A stretch of DNA of 64,000 bases, taken from an uncultured Nitrososphaeraceae archaeon (GTDB taxonomy: Archaea; Thermoproteota; Nitrososphaeria; Nitrososphaerales; Nitrososphaeraceae). Both the position numbers and the translations under genes were made by a program. Of the stretch, positions 31,196-43,304 are shown in pieces; the stretch's first letter is position 1; every line of letters begins with the position of its first letter. Under the pieces are notes generated by a model. It made no database searches, was not told the DNA's origin, and was given only the letters and a program-made list of their open reading frames with translations. The stretch lies in contig CAWIMJ010000016.1 of assembly GCA_963837175.1 (NCBI GenBank), positions 64,001 to 128,000 on the forward strand, given 5' to 3'.

Positions 31196-32590
31196 TTACA
31201 CTCCTCCAGTCCCTTTATAGAACCGTCGGACATTCTTATCCTTGATCTTAGTGAGTTCTCCTTCCGGAAGCGTTGACAAGACATCCCATGCCTTGCCAAG
31301 CGTTTCCTCAAGATTTCTGTTCTCATCTGCACTTTGCTTTAGAAATTGATTTTCAAACATATCACCTACATCTAGATATTTCAGGTCAACACCAGTTAAT
31401 CCTGCCCTACCAACAATTTCTGCAAGTGCTCTTACCTCTTGTGCCCTAGAATAAGCATCATAAAGCTGATTTCCTACTTCCATGTGATCCTCTCTAGTTT
31501 TTCCTTCACCTACTCCATCTTTCATTAATCTTGAAAGAGACATCAGCACGTTGACTGGCGGATAGATACCTTTCCTGAATAAATCTCGGCCCAGCACGAT
31601 CTGACCCTCAGTAATGTAGCCTGTAAGATCAGGAATAGGATGGGTTATATCATCTGCTGGCATGGATAAGATGGGTACTTGTGTTACACTGCCATTTTTT
31701 CCTTTAATTCTTCCTGCACGCTCATAATTATTTGCCAGATCAGTATATAAGTATCCAGGATAACCCTTCCTACCAGGTACTTCTTCCCTTGCTGCACTAA
31801 TCTCCCTAAGCGCTTCTGCATAGTTAGTCATATCAGTAAGAATTGCCAATACATGCATACCCAGATCAAATGCTAGATATTCTGCAACAGTCAATGCGAC
31901 TCTTGGAGTTATGATTCTTTCAATGGCTGGATCGTCTGCCAAGTTTAGAAAGAGTACACTTCGTCTAAGCGCTCCAGATTCCTCTAAACTACGTTTAAAA
32001 TATTGTGCCTCTGAATATTGTACTCCTATAGCTGCAAACACTACGGCGAAATCCTCTTTAGTTCCTACTACTGATGCTTGGCGGGCAATTTGAGCTGCCA
32101 AAATATTATGAGGCATACCAGAACCTGAAAAGATCGGAAGCTTTTGTCCTCTCACCAAAGTTAACATCCCATCAATTACTGAAACACCAGTCTGTATAAA
32201 GGAAGTAGGATACTCTCTTCGTTCGGGATTCATTGGTTCCCCGTTTACATCTATGAATCGATCTGCAATAGGATCCGGCAACCCATCATTTGGTCTTCCT
32301 AGGCCATCAAAGACCCTCCCGAGCAATTCCTGTGAAACTGGCATTGCCATTGTTTTTCCCAAAAATTTTGCCTTTGTACCCGTGATTGCTAGACCCGTTG
32401 TACCTTCAAACACTTGAACAACTGCTCTGCCATACCCTACCTCTAATACTTTACCAAGTCTTCTTTCGCCTTCACTGGTCTCGATTTCTACAAGTTCATC
32501 GAAGGAAGCTTTAGTGATTCCATCAACAATCATGAGTGGACCTTTAATCTCTGCTATCTTAGTATATTCTACGCTGGTAGATTCAGACAA
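31196..32590 (-). CDS. atpB: A-type ATP synthase subunit B
   Basis: [40 protein letters not shown]. Confidence 0.97.
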   Translation of the reverse strand: MSESTSVEYTKIAEIKGPLMIVDGITKASFDELVEIETSEGERRLGKVLEVGYGRAVVQVFEGTTGLAITGTKAKFLGKTMAMPVSQELLGRVFDGLGRPNDGLPDPIADRFIDVNGEPMNPERREYPTSFIQTGVSVIDGMLTLVRGQKLPIFSGSGMPHNILAAQIARQASVVGTKEDFAVVFAAIGVQYSEAQYFKRSLEESGALRRSVLFLNLADDPAIERIITPRVALTVAEYLAFDLGMHVLAILTDMTNYAEALREISAAREEVPGRKGYPGYLYTDLANNYERAGRIKGKNGSVTQVPILSMPADDITHPIPDLTGYITEGQIVLGRDLFRKGIYPPVNVLMSLSRLMKDGVGEGKTREDHMEVGNQLYDAYSRAQEVRALAEIVGRAGLTGVDLKYLDVGDMFENQFLKQSADENRNLEETLGKAWDVLSTLPEGELTKIKDKNVRRFYKGTGGV

Positions 32591-34370
32591 CTGCTTTTAC
32601 CTCCTCATGTGTGACAACTTTTCGGAATTGCTCGGTCATCTGTTTATCCAAATCATCCAGTCTCATGAGTTGATCGTCAGGAATTTCAAATTTGGCTTTG
32701 AGGAGTAAAGGAATAATGGGCATAGCTCTAATATCTGCGAGAATCGCACCTTCTTTAAGAGATTTAAGAGATTCTTTATAGAATCTTACCATTAATTTGA
32801 CTAATTTCAACTGTTTTTGGGGGCTGCAATAAGTATCCACTTTGTCGAAAGAATTTTGCTGTAGTATACCTATTTTTATCATTCTCGCGACTTCCAATAC
32901 CAATTTTTCTTCATCCGGTAATGCTTCAGGACCCAGTAATCTGACTATTTCTTTTAAAGTGTCTTCTCTCTGAAGTATATGGTACGATTCTGCCCTCAGA
33001 TCGTACCAATCAGCACTTACATTACTTGTCCACCATTTTGAAACATCGTCGAGATATCCAGAATATGACTGCATCCAATTTATTGATGGATAATGTCTTG
33101 AGTAAGCCAATCTAGTATCAAGAGCCCAGAAGGTTTTAATGAATCTAATAGTGTGTGTTGTTACGGGTTCTGTGAAGTCCGCTCCTGAAGGAGACACAGC
33201 ACCTACAAGTGTTACAGACCCCGCTCTTTCTGGCCTTCCCAATGCTCTAACGCGACCTGCTCTTTCATAGAATTCTGCTAATCGTGATGCAAGGTAAGAT
33301 GGATATCCTTCTTCTGCAGGCATCTCTTCAAGCCGGCCAGACATTTCTCTTAAGGCTTCAGCCCATCTACTTGTCGAATCTGCTACGAGTACTACATCAA
33401 ATCCCATATCTCTATAATATTCTGCAAGAGTAACTCCTGTGTAAATTGAGGCTTCTCGAGCGGCCACAGGCATATTGCTCGTATTCGCTACAAGAACTGT
33501 CCTTTCCATTAATGGTCTACCTGACCTGGGGTCAATTAAATGCGGAAATTCAACAAGCACTTCAGTCATTTCATTGCCACGTTCACCGCAGCCAATATAG
33601 ACTACAACTTTGGAATCAGCCCATTTTGCAATTTGATGCAACGTGACAGTCTTGCCAGTTCCGAACCCTCCAGGTATAGCACCTGTTCCGCCCTTTGCTA
33701 TAGGGAAATAAGTATCTATGATACGCTGACCCGTTATTAATGGAACTGTAGGATCATATCTTTCTGCATAAGGTCTGGGTTTTCTCACAGGCCACTTATG
33801 ATACATTTTTAGTTGGATTTTGTTTCCATCTTTTTCGGCCGTAGCAATAATGTGTTCTAGATCATACTCGCCTTCAGAGGAAATATCTATCAATTTTCCC
33901 CCCTTAAAGTCAGGCGGAACAAGTATGCTATGAGTCAAAAGTGGAGTTTCTTCTACACTTCCAAGAATAGAACCTGCTTCAATTTCATCTCCTTTTTTGA
34001 GTATTGGCTTGAATTTGTACTTTCTTTTCATGTCAACTGGAGTTGTGATTACGCCTCTACTAATGAACGCTCCTGATTTTTGAGCAATTTCATCGAGTGG
34101 TCTTTGAATTCCATCATAAATTCTTCCAATGATCCCGGGCCCTAGCAACACTGACAGTGGTTGGCCTGTACCAACAACGGGCTCTCCAGGTTTTAAACCA
34201 GAAGTAGATTCATAAACTTGAATAAATGCAACATCTCCAGTCAATCTTAGGACCTCGCCGATTAATTTTGAATCTCCTACTGTTACGGTTTCATACATTT
34301 TCGCCGAAGCCATACCATCAGCCCTTACAGCTGGACCACTAACCCAAACAATTCTTCCTTTAGTTACCAT
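32583..34370 (-). CDS. atpA: A-type ATP synthase subunit A
   Basis: GGFGTGKT P-loop, [17 protein letters not shown]; no intein. Confidence 0.97.
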   Translation of the reverse strand: MVTKGRIVWVSGPAVRADGMASAKMYETVTVGDSKLIGEVLRLTGDVAFIQVYESTSGLKPGEPVVGTGQPLSVLLGPGIIGRIYDGIQRPLDEIAQKSGAFISRGVITTPVDMKRKYKFKPILKKGDEIEAGSILGSVEETPLLTHSILVPPDFKGGKLIDISSEGEYDLEHIIATAEKDGNKIQLKMYHKWPVRKPRPYAERYDPTVPLITGQRIIDTYFPIAKGGTGAIPGGFGTGKTVTLHQIAKWADSKVVVYIGCGERGNEMTEVLVEFPHLIDPRSGRPLMERTVLVANTSNMPVAAREASIYTGVTLAEYYRDMGFDVVLVADSTSRWAEALREMSGRLEEMPAEEGYPSYLASRLAEFYERAGRVRALGRPERAGSVTLVGAVSPSGADFTEPVTTHTIRFIKTFWALDTRLAYSRHYPSINWMQSYSGYLDDVSKWWTSNVSADWYDLRAESYHILQREDTLKEIVRLLGPEALPDEEKLVLEVARMIKIGILQQNSFDKVDTYCSPQKQLKLVKLMVRFYKESLKSLKEGAILADIRAMPIIPLLLKAKFEIPDDQLMRLDDLDKQMTEQFRKVVTHEEVKAVV

Positions 34371-34373
34371 TAG

Positions 34374-34991
34374 TTAAATCTCGCCTCTTAGCATTTGGGC
34401 AATATTCTTCCTTATTAAAGGTTTAAGCCCCTCTATGCGAGAATCAAGCGTATTATCAAATGTCATCGATTCATCAGCTGACTTTACTCGGATTCCACCA
34501 ATAGCGTTTATAGGATGATCTGATATTTTTATTTTTAACTTATTATTTTCGTTGAAACTATCGGCAATGGCCTTTTCGATTAATTTAATATCATTCTTAT
34601 TACATTCAACAATAAGCTCCTCTGAATTTATCATCTTAACACTGTCTTTCAGAATTTTTGTCATCAGAATTCTATAACCACTCTCTTTATTTGACGATGC
34701 CAATAATGTTTTCGCTTTTTCAAATGTATCGTTTACAGCCTTTTCAATTAGGATAAGCTGTTTGTTTCTGACAGACAATCTGCTAGAACCAATGATCTGT
34801 CTCTTGAGATTATCTGCCTGTTTTTTTGCACTCTCAAGAGTTCTATTATATTCTGCCTCAAGTTTTGTTCTCGAAGCTTCAAGATTCTCTAATGATTTCT
34901 GATAAGAAGAATCAATCTGTGTGATAAAATCCGCATCGGCCTGGGATATCACCTTATTTATTGTTCGCTCCAAAGCGGAAGATGAGCTCAT
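34374..34991 (-). CDS. atpE: A-type ATP synthase subunit E
   Basis: N-terminal coiled coil, IGG...FDNTLDSR; directly upstream of atpA. Confidence 0.92.
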   Translation of the reverse strand: MSSSSALERTINKVISQADADFITQIDSSYQKSLENLEASRTKLEAEYNRTLESAKKQADNLKRQIIGSSRLSVRNKQLILIEKAVNDTFEKAKTLLASSNKESGYRILMTKILKDSVKMINSEELIVECNKNDIKLIEKAIADSFNENNKLKIKISDHPINAIGGIRVKSADESMTFDNTLDSRIEGLKPLIRKNIAQMLRGEI

Positions 34992-36241
34992 TTAAATTTC
35001 TGATTGGTTATCGAAATTTAATCTTTGTTATTTCAAATTAAAGAATATGTAAATTCTGCTAGTATAATTCATTACGACTCCATATTCAAAAGATATGCTT
35101 ATTAAAATATTCATAAATCCTTATAATGGAACTTGTATTATGACCTTTTTTCTGAATAAGAGTCTGTTTTGCTCTTACGGATTTACATCGAAAGGTATAA
35201 AAGGCAAATACACGGAGCCAATAATTAGATTAACGCTCGATTATTTTTTCTTTCTACTTTATACAATAAGCTAGTTGTGAAACAGTATTCTTATTGGAAT
35301 AATTAAAACGTCATCTATCATAATTCTAACGAATTTTACGAGTGTTTTGATCTTAATTTATATACGCAGCATATTTAAATATTCTAATTTGAACCAACAG
35401 TCTGACAAGATTCATATTAGAAATTTTCTTGAATTATTTAATATTTCCACATTAGAATGAGTTTCAGCAGACGACCCAAAGTGTATTACCGATAATCTTC
35501 TTCTCTAAGCAGCGACTGAAGTTGATCTTGTCTCTACATTGATCCAGCAAAAATCTAATAAAAAAATAAAATTGAAAATCTTAGATACATAAGAATAATT
35601 TCTTGAAGATTACAATAAAGCAGATCATGCTGAGACGAGTTAGAACAAAATAATAATTTGGTCTATCAGATTTCGATTCTATTGGGATTTGGAATAAAGC
35701 GGTATGCGGCGGAACATCAAAACAGTCAGACAATAATATTACAGAGACGTCAAAGAATACACGTACACATGTTCAAAGCATATCCGGTTAACATCATGAC
35801 AATACTAAATAATTTTTACAGTTTGATGTTATTTCTAGGCAACAGATTTATTAAGTGTAGACAGAAAATGCGGAGGCTCTATAAAAACTATTCCCGCAAG
35901 TAACAACGCCAACAGATTATGATATTTTGTTCCAATAATAATGGTAAAATGATAAATGAAATACAAATGAAAGCAGATCAACATCCTTTTAATATGCTGT
36001 TTGTTTGAGGTGTCCCTTATGATTCAAGGTAATTTTTGAAACCCAACTCCAATTGCTGCTGTAATGACTCCTCCTATCTTTCTAAATTCTATTTCTTAAG
36101 AATAAGGAATTCTACTGAATTATTTATCAGTCAACTATTGCTTTGTTATAAGTATAATATTGGGAGTTTTCGACTTACCTCTTGTTATTCTTCCTCCCAG
36201 ATATACAATGACGGATAATAATAACATCACCTGCCTCCTCC

Positions 36242-36760
36242 TTAGATAGGATGATTGAATTGCCCCTCAATAACCTTGCACATTATTTCATTGATCAATT
36301 TTACAGTTTGCTGTATATGAGTTAAATGGCTCGCCTTCCCAATATATTTTTTTACAATCTGAGCATTTAAAAAATTGTTTGTGTAGTTTAAGAACATTTG
36401 AATGAACATCTTTTTTAACATCAGAAGGTTTTTTTCTTATCAGCAATCCATTACATCTAACACATCTGGAATCTATAGTATGAAACAACAATGAGGCAAT
36501 CCCGCATTTAGATAATATATGAACTATGTCTTTTAGATCATCTGAACCTTGCAACAAAACACTTTGTGCTTCTTCTTTTAGAGTCCTTTTAAACAACTCC
36601 TTGTCACAGGTCAAGATAATTCTATCCTCTGCAATGCCAATTTTTAATATCTCATCGTCATGTGCATGAGCAACATACAATGTATCGAAGCCAAAAATCC
36701 GTAATTTGCGAGCTATACTTCCCAGCATAGCATCAGCTAAAAAAGTTGGCTTTGAATTAA
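36242..36760 (-). CDS. Mut7-C RNase (PIN) domain protein with zinc ribbon; +1 frameshift near 36332
   Basis: FLADAMLGSIARKLRIFGFD, ILTCD, RCVRCN, CSDC. Removing one base restores the conserved YWEGSH and gives a stop at 36242. Start codon unclear. Confidence 0.85.
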
Positions 36761-37341
36761 CTAATGATCTCTCCCCTACATTCTTCACATGTAAATGTAC
36801 CTTCCTCATATTGCAAAAGATCAGACCATTCACCACACTCATCGCAATATCCTGAAACATTGCCCTTAGACCGACCGGTTTCTCCTCGAATAAGCGCTGA
36901 TTTCTCTGAAATGACGTCAACCAAATCTGGAGTTACTGCAATAACGTCTGAAGCAGAGATAATTCCAACAAGTCTATTCTTATAGACCACACCTAATCTC
37001 TTAATATTATGTTTTCTCAATATACGGGCAGCCTCGGTGACTCCTTCTTCGCCTTCTATCGTGTGTAATTGTTGCATAATATCAGAAGCGTTAAGCAAAC
37101 TTGGTTTGATATCTTTAACAACAGCATTTGAAACTATATCCCAATCAGTTACAATTCCTAATGTCTTTTCCTTATCCATAATTACAATACTTCCAATCTT
37201 TTCTTCTTTCATCTTTATTGCTATGTCTTTGATGCTTGCCTCAGTGGAAGCTGAAATGACAGGGCTATTCATAATATCTCTGACAAGCACTCTAGTTGTC
37301 ATGTTAGCATCACCATGTTGCCTGACAGGTTTTTTTACCAC
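36757..37341 (-). CDS. CBS-pair protein with C-terminal zinc ribbon
   Basis: Two CBS repeats (GIVTDWDI, GIISASDV) plus CDEC...CEEC. Confidence 0.88.
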   Translation of the reverse strand: MVKKPVRQHGDANMTTRVLVRDIMNSPVISASTEASIKDIAIKMKEEKIGSIVIMDKEKTLGIVTDWDIVSNAVVKDIKPSLLNASDIMQQLHTIEGEEGVTEAARILRKHNIKRLGVVYKNRLVGIISASDVIAVTPDLVDVISEKSALIRGETGRSKGNVSGYCDECGEWSDLLQYEEGTFTCEECRGEIIS

Positions 37342-37364
37342 AACATTAAATCAAAATTATGTCC

Positions 37365-39389
37365 TTAAGTACTTTGCTCATCGGGCAAAGATGCTCTTGG
37401 TAAGGGAACGTGTTCTCCATCACCTCTTCCTGTAAAATAAATCTTTGACTGTCCGCTCGGGAGTGTTCTAATAAAGTCATCGAGAGAAGTGTTTTTGATA
37501 AAATCTGCCAAACCGTAACTTTCATCTCCATGAGTATCAGGTGCAGCCACTCTAACAAGTTCACTCTTTATTTTTTTTGCTGCGTTCATTGGATCCATTC
37601 CACCTGGCAACAAGATTGAAAAGACTAGAGATTTTTTCTTAATAGATCCAACAGGCCCACAAACTAGAAGATATCGACCGCTCAAATACATAATTCCTAC
37701 TGCGAGTCTTATTTCAGACCCCTTGATATAATTTCGCTTACCCTCTATAACAAAAGATCCTTTTGGAAGATATTGTCCTGTTGGAGCACCCTTCTTTATC
37801 TGATCTGGCATTACCCAATATGCATCTGCGCTAGATAAGCCATCCTTCCATGCTCTACTAAATGACACAGTTGCCTGTGCTACTTCCTGCAGTGTTGTTT
37901 CTATTTCTCCAGCTTTAATTGCATTTTTGATAATGAAGAATGGAGAGCCATATACTTCAGCATGGAATACTAGATCATATTCCGTCAAATGCTTGCGTAT
38001 TATAGCAGAGTTTGATGAAGCATCTCTCCCCCCGAAGGTTAGCAATCCTTCACCTGTGATAAACCATCGATATCGCTCATACCACTCTCTATTAGCTTGT
38101 TGCTTGATAACAATTTTCTTCTGAATCGCAGTACTCCTATTTCGTAATCTTTCAATTTGATCAAGCAGGCCTCTTTTAGTTTCTTCGATTGAGATATTGC
38201 CACGTTCCATTTCCTTAGCCCTTTCATATAACATTGAAGATACCTTGGGAAGATTAGAATTCAAGTGAATACGTTCGCCTACTACTTCAAGATATTTTAG
38301 TCCTCTTTCGTTTACAATAGCTGCATAATTTGTTTGAAGCAGTCCCTTGACTGAATTATCAGCATAATCATGAATTCCAAGATAAGAGAGTTCCATTAAT
38401 TCATTGGCAATTTTTCGGATAGCAGTAGCCTTTGAAATAACTTCCTCTTTTGCCTTATTCAGTTCTGAAAGATCATGTTCTAATAATGCAATTTCTCTAT
38501 CTATTTCAATTGTCCTAATATTGCTGTCTATATTCATAATATTGTTGCTTAAAACCTCGTCTACGGCGTCGAGATAAGAATTAACTTTTCTGATTTTCAA
38601 TTTTCTGGCTTTATCTGTTATAATAGGAAGTGCATCCTGTGCTTTCCCGTCGTCTCCCAGAATGACAATTGGTTCATGATTTCTCCCTGTACTTATATCC
38701 GTAACTAGATCCTTAACAGCATCGTATATTCTAATCACATCCTCCTCTGAAAGCTGTCCAACCTTTCTTGATTGTATTCCTATCCTTGTTGCAATTTCTT
38801 CTACAAATTTTTTTGGCATTGAAAGATTTCTTCCCATCCATCTTAAGACATCAAGATCCATTATCTCGCGTTTTATTGTTGTTTTTAACTGCTCTAACGA
38901 AAGCTCAAAGACATCGAATCCTCTAATAGGCGGAGGTGTGTATCGTAATCCAACCTTTAACGTTCTATGCCTTACTTCAATAGAATTGATAATAGATATA
39001 ATCTGCAGACTCCCATCACAAAGAATAATATTTCCTTCACCAAAGAATTCGACAATCATTATTCTCACATCACCTTCCAAATGCATAAATTTGATGGTCA
39101 CAATTCGCTCGCTGCCTATCTGATCGATGAATTCAACTTTAGATCTTTCAACTTCAGCTTTAATAATGTCAATTTGTTCATTTTCCTCGACTGGTTTAAA
39201 TTTCAACTTTGTGATCCAGATACCTTTAACAGAAACCATTAGAATAATATCTGGTTCTTTTGAGTGATGTAACTTTAAAAGAAACGAATCTTTTGTAACG
39301 GCATTTATACTGCTAACGTAATACCCTGATATAATTTTGGATTTAACCTCATTTACTAGGTAACGTAGCTCAATGCCAGACAATTCCAT
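37365..39389 (-). CDS. Ribosome quality-control protein, NFACT/RqcH (Rqc2) family
   Basis: ERIV, EFFGEGNIIL, WYERYRWF, GGRDASSN, GQYLPKGSFVIEG. Confidence 0.92.
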   Translation of the reverse strand: MELSGIELRYLVNEVKSKIISGYYVSSINAVTKDSFLLKLHHSKEPDIILMVSVKGIWITKLKFKPVEENEQIDIIKAEVERSKVEFIDQIGSERIVTIKFMHLEGDVRIMIVEFFGEGNIILCDGSLQIISIINSIEVRHRTLKVGLRYTPPPIRGFDVFELSLEQLKTTIKREIMDLDVLRWMGRNLSMPKKFVEEIATRIGIQSRKVGQLSEEDVIRIYDAVKDLVTDISTGRNHEPIVILGDDGKAQDALPIITDKARKLKIRKVNSYLDAVDEVLSNNIMNIDSNIRTIEIDREIALLEHDLSELNKAKEEVISKATAIRKIANELMELSYLGIHDYADNSVKGLLQTNYAAIVNERGLKYLEVVGERIHLNSNLPKVSSMLYERAKEMERGNISIEETKRGLLDQIERLRNRSTAIQKKIVIKQQANREWYERYRWFITGEGLLTFGGRDASSNSAIIRKHLTEYDLVFHAEVYGSPFFIIKNAIKAGEIETTLQEVAQATVSFSRAWKDGLSSADAYWVMPDQIKKGAPTGQYLPKGSFVIEGKRNYIKGSEIRLAVGIMYLSGRYLLVCGPVGSIKKKSLVFSILLPGGMDPMNAAKKIKSELVRVAAPDTHGDESYGLADFIKNTSLDDFIRTLPSGQSKIYFTGRGDGEHVPLPRASLPDEQST

Positions 39390-39487
39390 AATAACTCAAA
39401 GGTTTTGTCACAAATATTAACCAAAACAATTTAATTGCTAGTTTTACAAAAGGATCAACCGTAAGAAATTAAACCAAGTGCCATTTA

Positions 39488-39803
39488 ATGACAGAAAGTA
39501 ACCTATTTGGAGTCTTTAGACAGAGTTTTTTATATGAGAGCAATTTTAGGATTGATTGCAGGTATAATCAGTGGATTTATAATAACACCGAAGACAGATC
39601 AATCTACAGCAGTAGGGACAATACTTCTTATTGCTATTATATTTTACATAATATCTTATACACTTGCGAAGCGTATTGCAAAAGATACTCCGAAGACAGC
39701 AAAAAGAAAGTTAGCTACAAATGGTATATTCCCATTTATTTTCCTGTTAATGATGTTCATGATCGTCGTATATACTGGATTGTGGCAGTTCATGGCACGT
39801 TAA
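39488..39803 (+). CDS. Small three-TM membrane protein (EMC6-like, tentative); +1 T near 39507
   Basis: The ORF 39507-39803 has three hydrophobic helices. The ATG at 39488 joins it as MTESNLLESLDR if one T of TTT is removed. Confidence 0.65.
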
Positions 39804-39832
39804 AATACTGCTTTTTTTATAAATACACTACA

Positions 39833-40417
39833 TTGCTTTGGGATTATGATACACCAGGTATTCCCGATGAGTTATTTGACAGAGATGATGAAGTTCCAAT
39901 TACCAAGGAAGATATCAGGTCTGTAATAATTAGCAAATTAAGATTAAAAAAGAATTCGTCTGTGATAGATATTGGATGCGGAAGTGGAAGCATCACTGTT
40001 GAGCTCTGTTTACAAACAAGAGACGGCAACGTATATGGTGTTGATTTTAATCAACGTGCAGTCGAACTAACTAAAAGGAATCTTCAAAAATTTGGAGTGA
40101 AAGCAAAAATATTCTTATCAAACGCACAAGATATTTTGCCATTACTGCCACAAGTAAACTCAGTAATGATTGGCGGGACATGGGGAGATACCGAGCGAGT
40201 TATACAATTAGGTATAGATAGATTGAAGAAAGGTGGTAGAATTGTAATTGACACAATTCTAATTGAAACAATGTACAAGACGATAACTATGATAAATGAA
40301 GCAAAACTGAATGAAGTTGATATTACACAAGTAACAATTTCAAAGGCAAGAAAAGTATCGACGGGTACGATGATGACTTCAAGGAATCCAGTAATGATTA
40401 TTTCGGCTACAAAATAG
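39833..40417 (+). CDS. cbiT: Cobalt-precorrin-6B C15-methyltransferase (decarboxylating)
   Basis: PGIPDE.F, PITKEDIR, DIGCGSGS, RNPV. Likely TTG start at 39833. Confidence 0.92.
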   Translation: MLWDYDTPGIPDELFDRDDEVPITKEDIRSVIISKLRLKKNSSVIDIGCGSGSITVELCLQTRDGNVYGVDFNQRAVELTKRNLQKFGVKAKIFLSNAQDILPLLPQVNSVMIGGTWGDTERVIQLGIDRLKKGGRIVIDTILIETMYKTITMINEAKLNEVDITQVTISKARKVSTGTMMTSRNPVMIISATK

Positions 40418-40994
40418 CAATAAAACTATAGCAGAAAAAAACTTCAACTACGTGTTACACAAACTATTTAAGAAAAATTTCCCTATCAAGATAATAATAT
40501 GCAATACATTGAATAAAAAATTAATTAGTATGAGTAAAACAGATGCTGATTGCTATCAAATATTCCCATTAATATACATTGGTAAATCATAGACTCATGA
40601 TCAGCAAAAGACATCAAGGCATTATCACCAATACAAGTTCCATCATTTAACTTATAACTGTGTAATGAAAAATACATTATTGGCCGACATTGAAATTTAA
40701 ACATAATTAAATCTTAAAGCATCTGATCCACTAATCGATAAGGCATTAATGATTACATATACACATAATATATTCGTTACAAAAAATTGCAAATTCACCA
40801 ATCTTCCTGGTCAATCGATTGTCGTCACTATTTCGTTCAATGTGTGATACCATATACAGCTTTATGTATGTTTTAGTAAATTTCTTTTGTGGGCATACAA
40901 TAGTCTGTTATTAGTTCACTAATCTCAGTAAATAAGTGCCTTTTATAGAAGGATTATGATGTTTTAAATAACGCTCTCCTTTGAGAAAATGTGA

Positions 40995-41738
40995 ATGAAA
41001 CTATTTTGTGTGGGATGTGGTCCAGGAGATCCTGAATTACTTACCGTCAAAGCTGTCAATCTGATTAAAAATGCAGAAATTATTTTCGCACCTACAGCAA
41101 GAGAAGGCAAACCTAGCATCGCGCTTTCAGTAGTTGAAAGATATGTAGATAAGTTCGCAAAGATAGTGGATCTTATATTTCCTATGATCAAAGACAGGCA
41201 ATCTTTAATAGATTATTGGAAAAGAAATGCGGATGAAATAGCTGATGCTGTAAGAGCAGAGAAAAGAGTAATCTATTTGACTGTTGGTGATCCTGCATTA
41301 TATAGTACGTGGATATATGTACACAGAGAGCTGCAAAAGAATCACCATGATATAGAAATAGACATAGTTCCTGGTATTGCATCTATGTTTGCATTTGCTG
41401 CGCAGGCAAAAATGAGTCTAGCAGAAGGAGATGAAACTCTAGCGATCGTCCCTGCTTGTTATAATTTAGATAGAGTTAAACAGATGGCAAACAGTTGTGA
41501 TACAATCATTTTTCTCAAGGATGGTAGATACTTTGACAGCGTAATTGAAATGCTTGCTGACGTAGGCTTTGCAGACGATTCGATGATTGCAATCGCCCAA
41601 GACGTATCAGTAACAGGTGAAATAATGAAAATGAGCAAACTTAGCGATTTGCGCGGAAGAAAAGGTACGACAGAGAAATATTTCTCTATAATGGTAGCAG
41701 AAGAAAAATGGTTGAAGGGAACACGGTTTTTTTCGTAG
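40995..41738 (+). CDS. cbiL: Cobalt-precorrin-2 C20-methyltransferase
   Basis: GCGPGDPELLT, FPM, TVGDPALYST, VPGI, YFS. The true end may be 41715 if there is a +1 base near 41700. Confidence 0.9.
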   Translation: MKLFCVGCGPGDPELLTVKAVNLIKNAEIIFAPTAREGKPSIALSVVERYVDKFAKIVDLIFPMIKDRQSLIDYWKRNADEIADAVRAEKRVIYLTVGDPALYSTWIYVHRELQKNHHDIEIDIVPGIASMFAFAAQAKMSLAEGDETLAIVPACYNLDRVKQMANSCDTIIFLKDGRYFDSVIEMLADVGFADDSMIAIAQDVSVTGEIMKMSKLSDLRGRKGTTEKYFSIMVAEEKWLKGTRFFS

Positions 41739-42484
41739 GATCAGGTCCTGGCGACCCTGAACTTATCACGATTAAAGCCAAAAGGCTTTTAGAAAAAGCT
41801 GATGTTATAATTTATTCCGGTTCCCTACTAAATCCAAAAATATTACAACATGCAAAAAAAGAAGTGCAGCTGTACGATGCTGCTGTCTTAGATAGGGAAG
41901 AAATTTATCAAATTCTAAGAGATTCAACGAATAATGGCAAAGTTGCCATTAGATTACATGATGGTGATCCTGGACTTTTTAGTACTATCCGAGAGCAAAT
42001 CGATAAATTAGAAAAGGATGGATTACAATGTAAAGTAGTTCCAGGAATAACCGCAATACTTGGTGCAGCTTCTGCCATGAACTTGGAATTAACTCTTCCT
42101 GGTAATACTCAAACTGTAATAATAACACGCGCAGAGTTTAGGACTCCTGTACCCGAGAGAGAAAAAATTTCGGAACTTGCGAAGCATGGAGCTACAATGG
42201 CATTTTATCTCAGTGTTCATTTGATTACTGATATTGTAGAAGAGCTAATGAAGGGTGGAGTATATACAAAAGAAACTCCAGCAGCAATTGTTTACCGAGC
42301 AACTTGGGAAGACCAGAAGATAATAAAAGGAACTCTTGGAGATATTGTAAAGAAAACAAAAGAATCCAAAATAATCAAAACTGCATTAATTATTGTTGGA
42401 GATGCCATAGCACCAAAACAGTATGAATTTTCTAAGGTATATGACGCAGGGTTTACACATGGATATAGACGATCAAACAAATAG
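41708..42484 (+). CDS. cbiF: Cobalt-precorrin-4 C11-methyltransferase
   Basis: GPGDPELIT, YSGSL, RLHDGDP, EQ, QTVIITR, RATWEDQ, YD..FTHGYR. Confidence 0.93.
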   Translation: MVEGNTVFFVGSGPGDPELITIKAKRLLEKADVIIYSGSLLNPKILQHAKKEVQLYDAAVLDREEIYQILRDSTNNGKVAIRLHDGDPGLFSTIREQIDKLEKDGLQCKVVPGITAILGAASAMNLELTLPGNTQTVIITRAEFRTPVPEREKISELAKHGATMAFYLSVHLITDIVEELMKGGVYTKETPAAIVYRATWEDQKIIKGTLGDIVKKTKESKIIKTALIIVGDAIAPKQYEFSKVYDAGFTHGYRRSNK

Positions 42485-42932
42485 TAGTAGTATGAGATTG
42501 AAGTATGAAAATATACCTGTTGCACGGTGAGTCTATACATTAATCGGAAAATAAAAAGATAATTTTATTACTCAACTATTATTTTGGCCTCTATATAGAG
42601 ATAATACAGAAATTTTATTAATATGTTATTACTTTCTTTAGGCGATTCTCTATGCTAGTATAATCTTCGCATTTATTGGAGTCTATCGTTTACGTATATC
42701 TTGCTTCCGATACTCTATGCTTTACCATAATTGATTTTTTATTGTACTTCGGCAATCAGATTAATGTGTCTAGATGTATTACCCAGATTCAGAATAAAAG
42801 TGGCAAAATTTCTCTATAAACCAATAGTAAGCCAGATCATACTTTCGAACTGAATTCAGGGCTCGCTTATTTATGATATTGTGTGTGTTTTACGCTATTA
42901 AAAAAATTTTAACAGCTGAACAATCAAACAAT

Positions 42933-43232
42933 TTAATTCAGAGGTATTCTGTACAGTTCCTTCTGAGATACAGAGGACCAGGCACCCATTCCACTTCCGC
43001 CAGTTGCGTTTGTGTCTACAATTTCACTGACAACAATTTCCTTTGGATCCATTGGCGGCCAAATCATTGCAACATACTCTTTGGCATTTCCTGTCCTATC
43101 AAGGCTCGCTAATTGCATATTCTCTTTTTCAAATCCTTGCATAACAAGTTTTTCTTTTATCCGATCAAGAAAGTGGTGCTGCCCATGAACTATAAGGTAT
43201 ATCTTTTTACTACTATCTAAAGAAGACGACAT
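42933..43232 (-). CDS. Hypothetical protein
   Basis: Clean 99-aa ATG ORF divergent from 43305, with WPP and GMGAW. Confidence 0.7.
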   Translation of the reverse strand: MSSSLDSSKKIYLIVHGQHHFLDRIKEKLVMQGFEKENMQLASLDRTGNAKEYVAMIWPPMDPKEIVVSEIVDTNATGGSGMGAWSSVSQKELYRIPLN

Positions 43233-43304
43233 ATAATTTTCATATGTTACTAGAATCGCATACCTTTAAACATATTGATAACATATGATAGATAAAATCA
43301 AGTT

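Noticed and set aside
36761-36920. N-terminal extension of the Mut7-C ORF
   Set aside because: It overlaps the CBS gene in another frame; Mut7-C motifs begin only near 36745.
39488-39832. 115-aa N-terminal extension on CbiT in the ORF track
   Set aside because: It is an off-frame read of the overlapping membrane-protein gene; CbiT similarity begins at 39833.
40418-40994. Cobalamin riboswitch or hidden gene between cbiT and cbiL
   Set aside because: AT-rich, with no B12-box or stable GC stems and no credible ORF.
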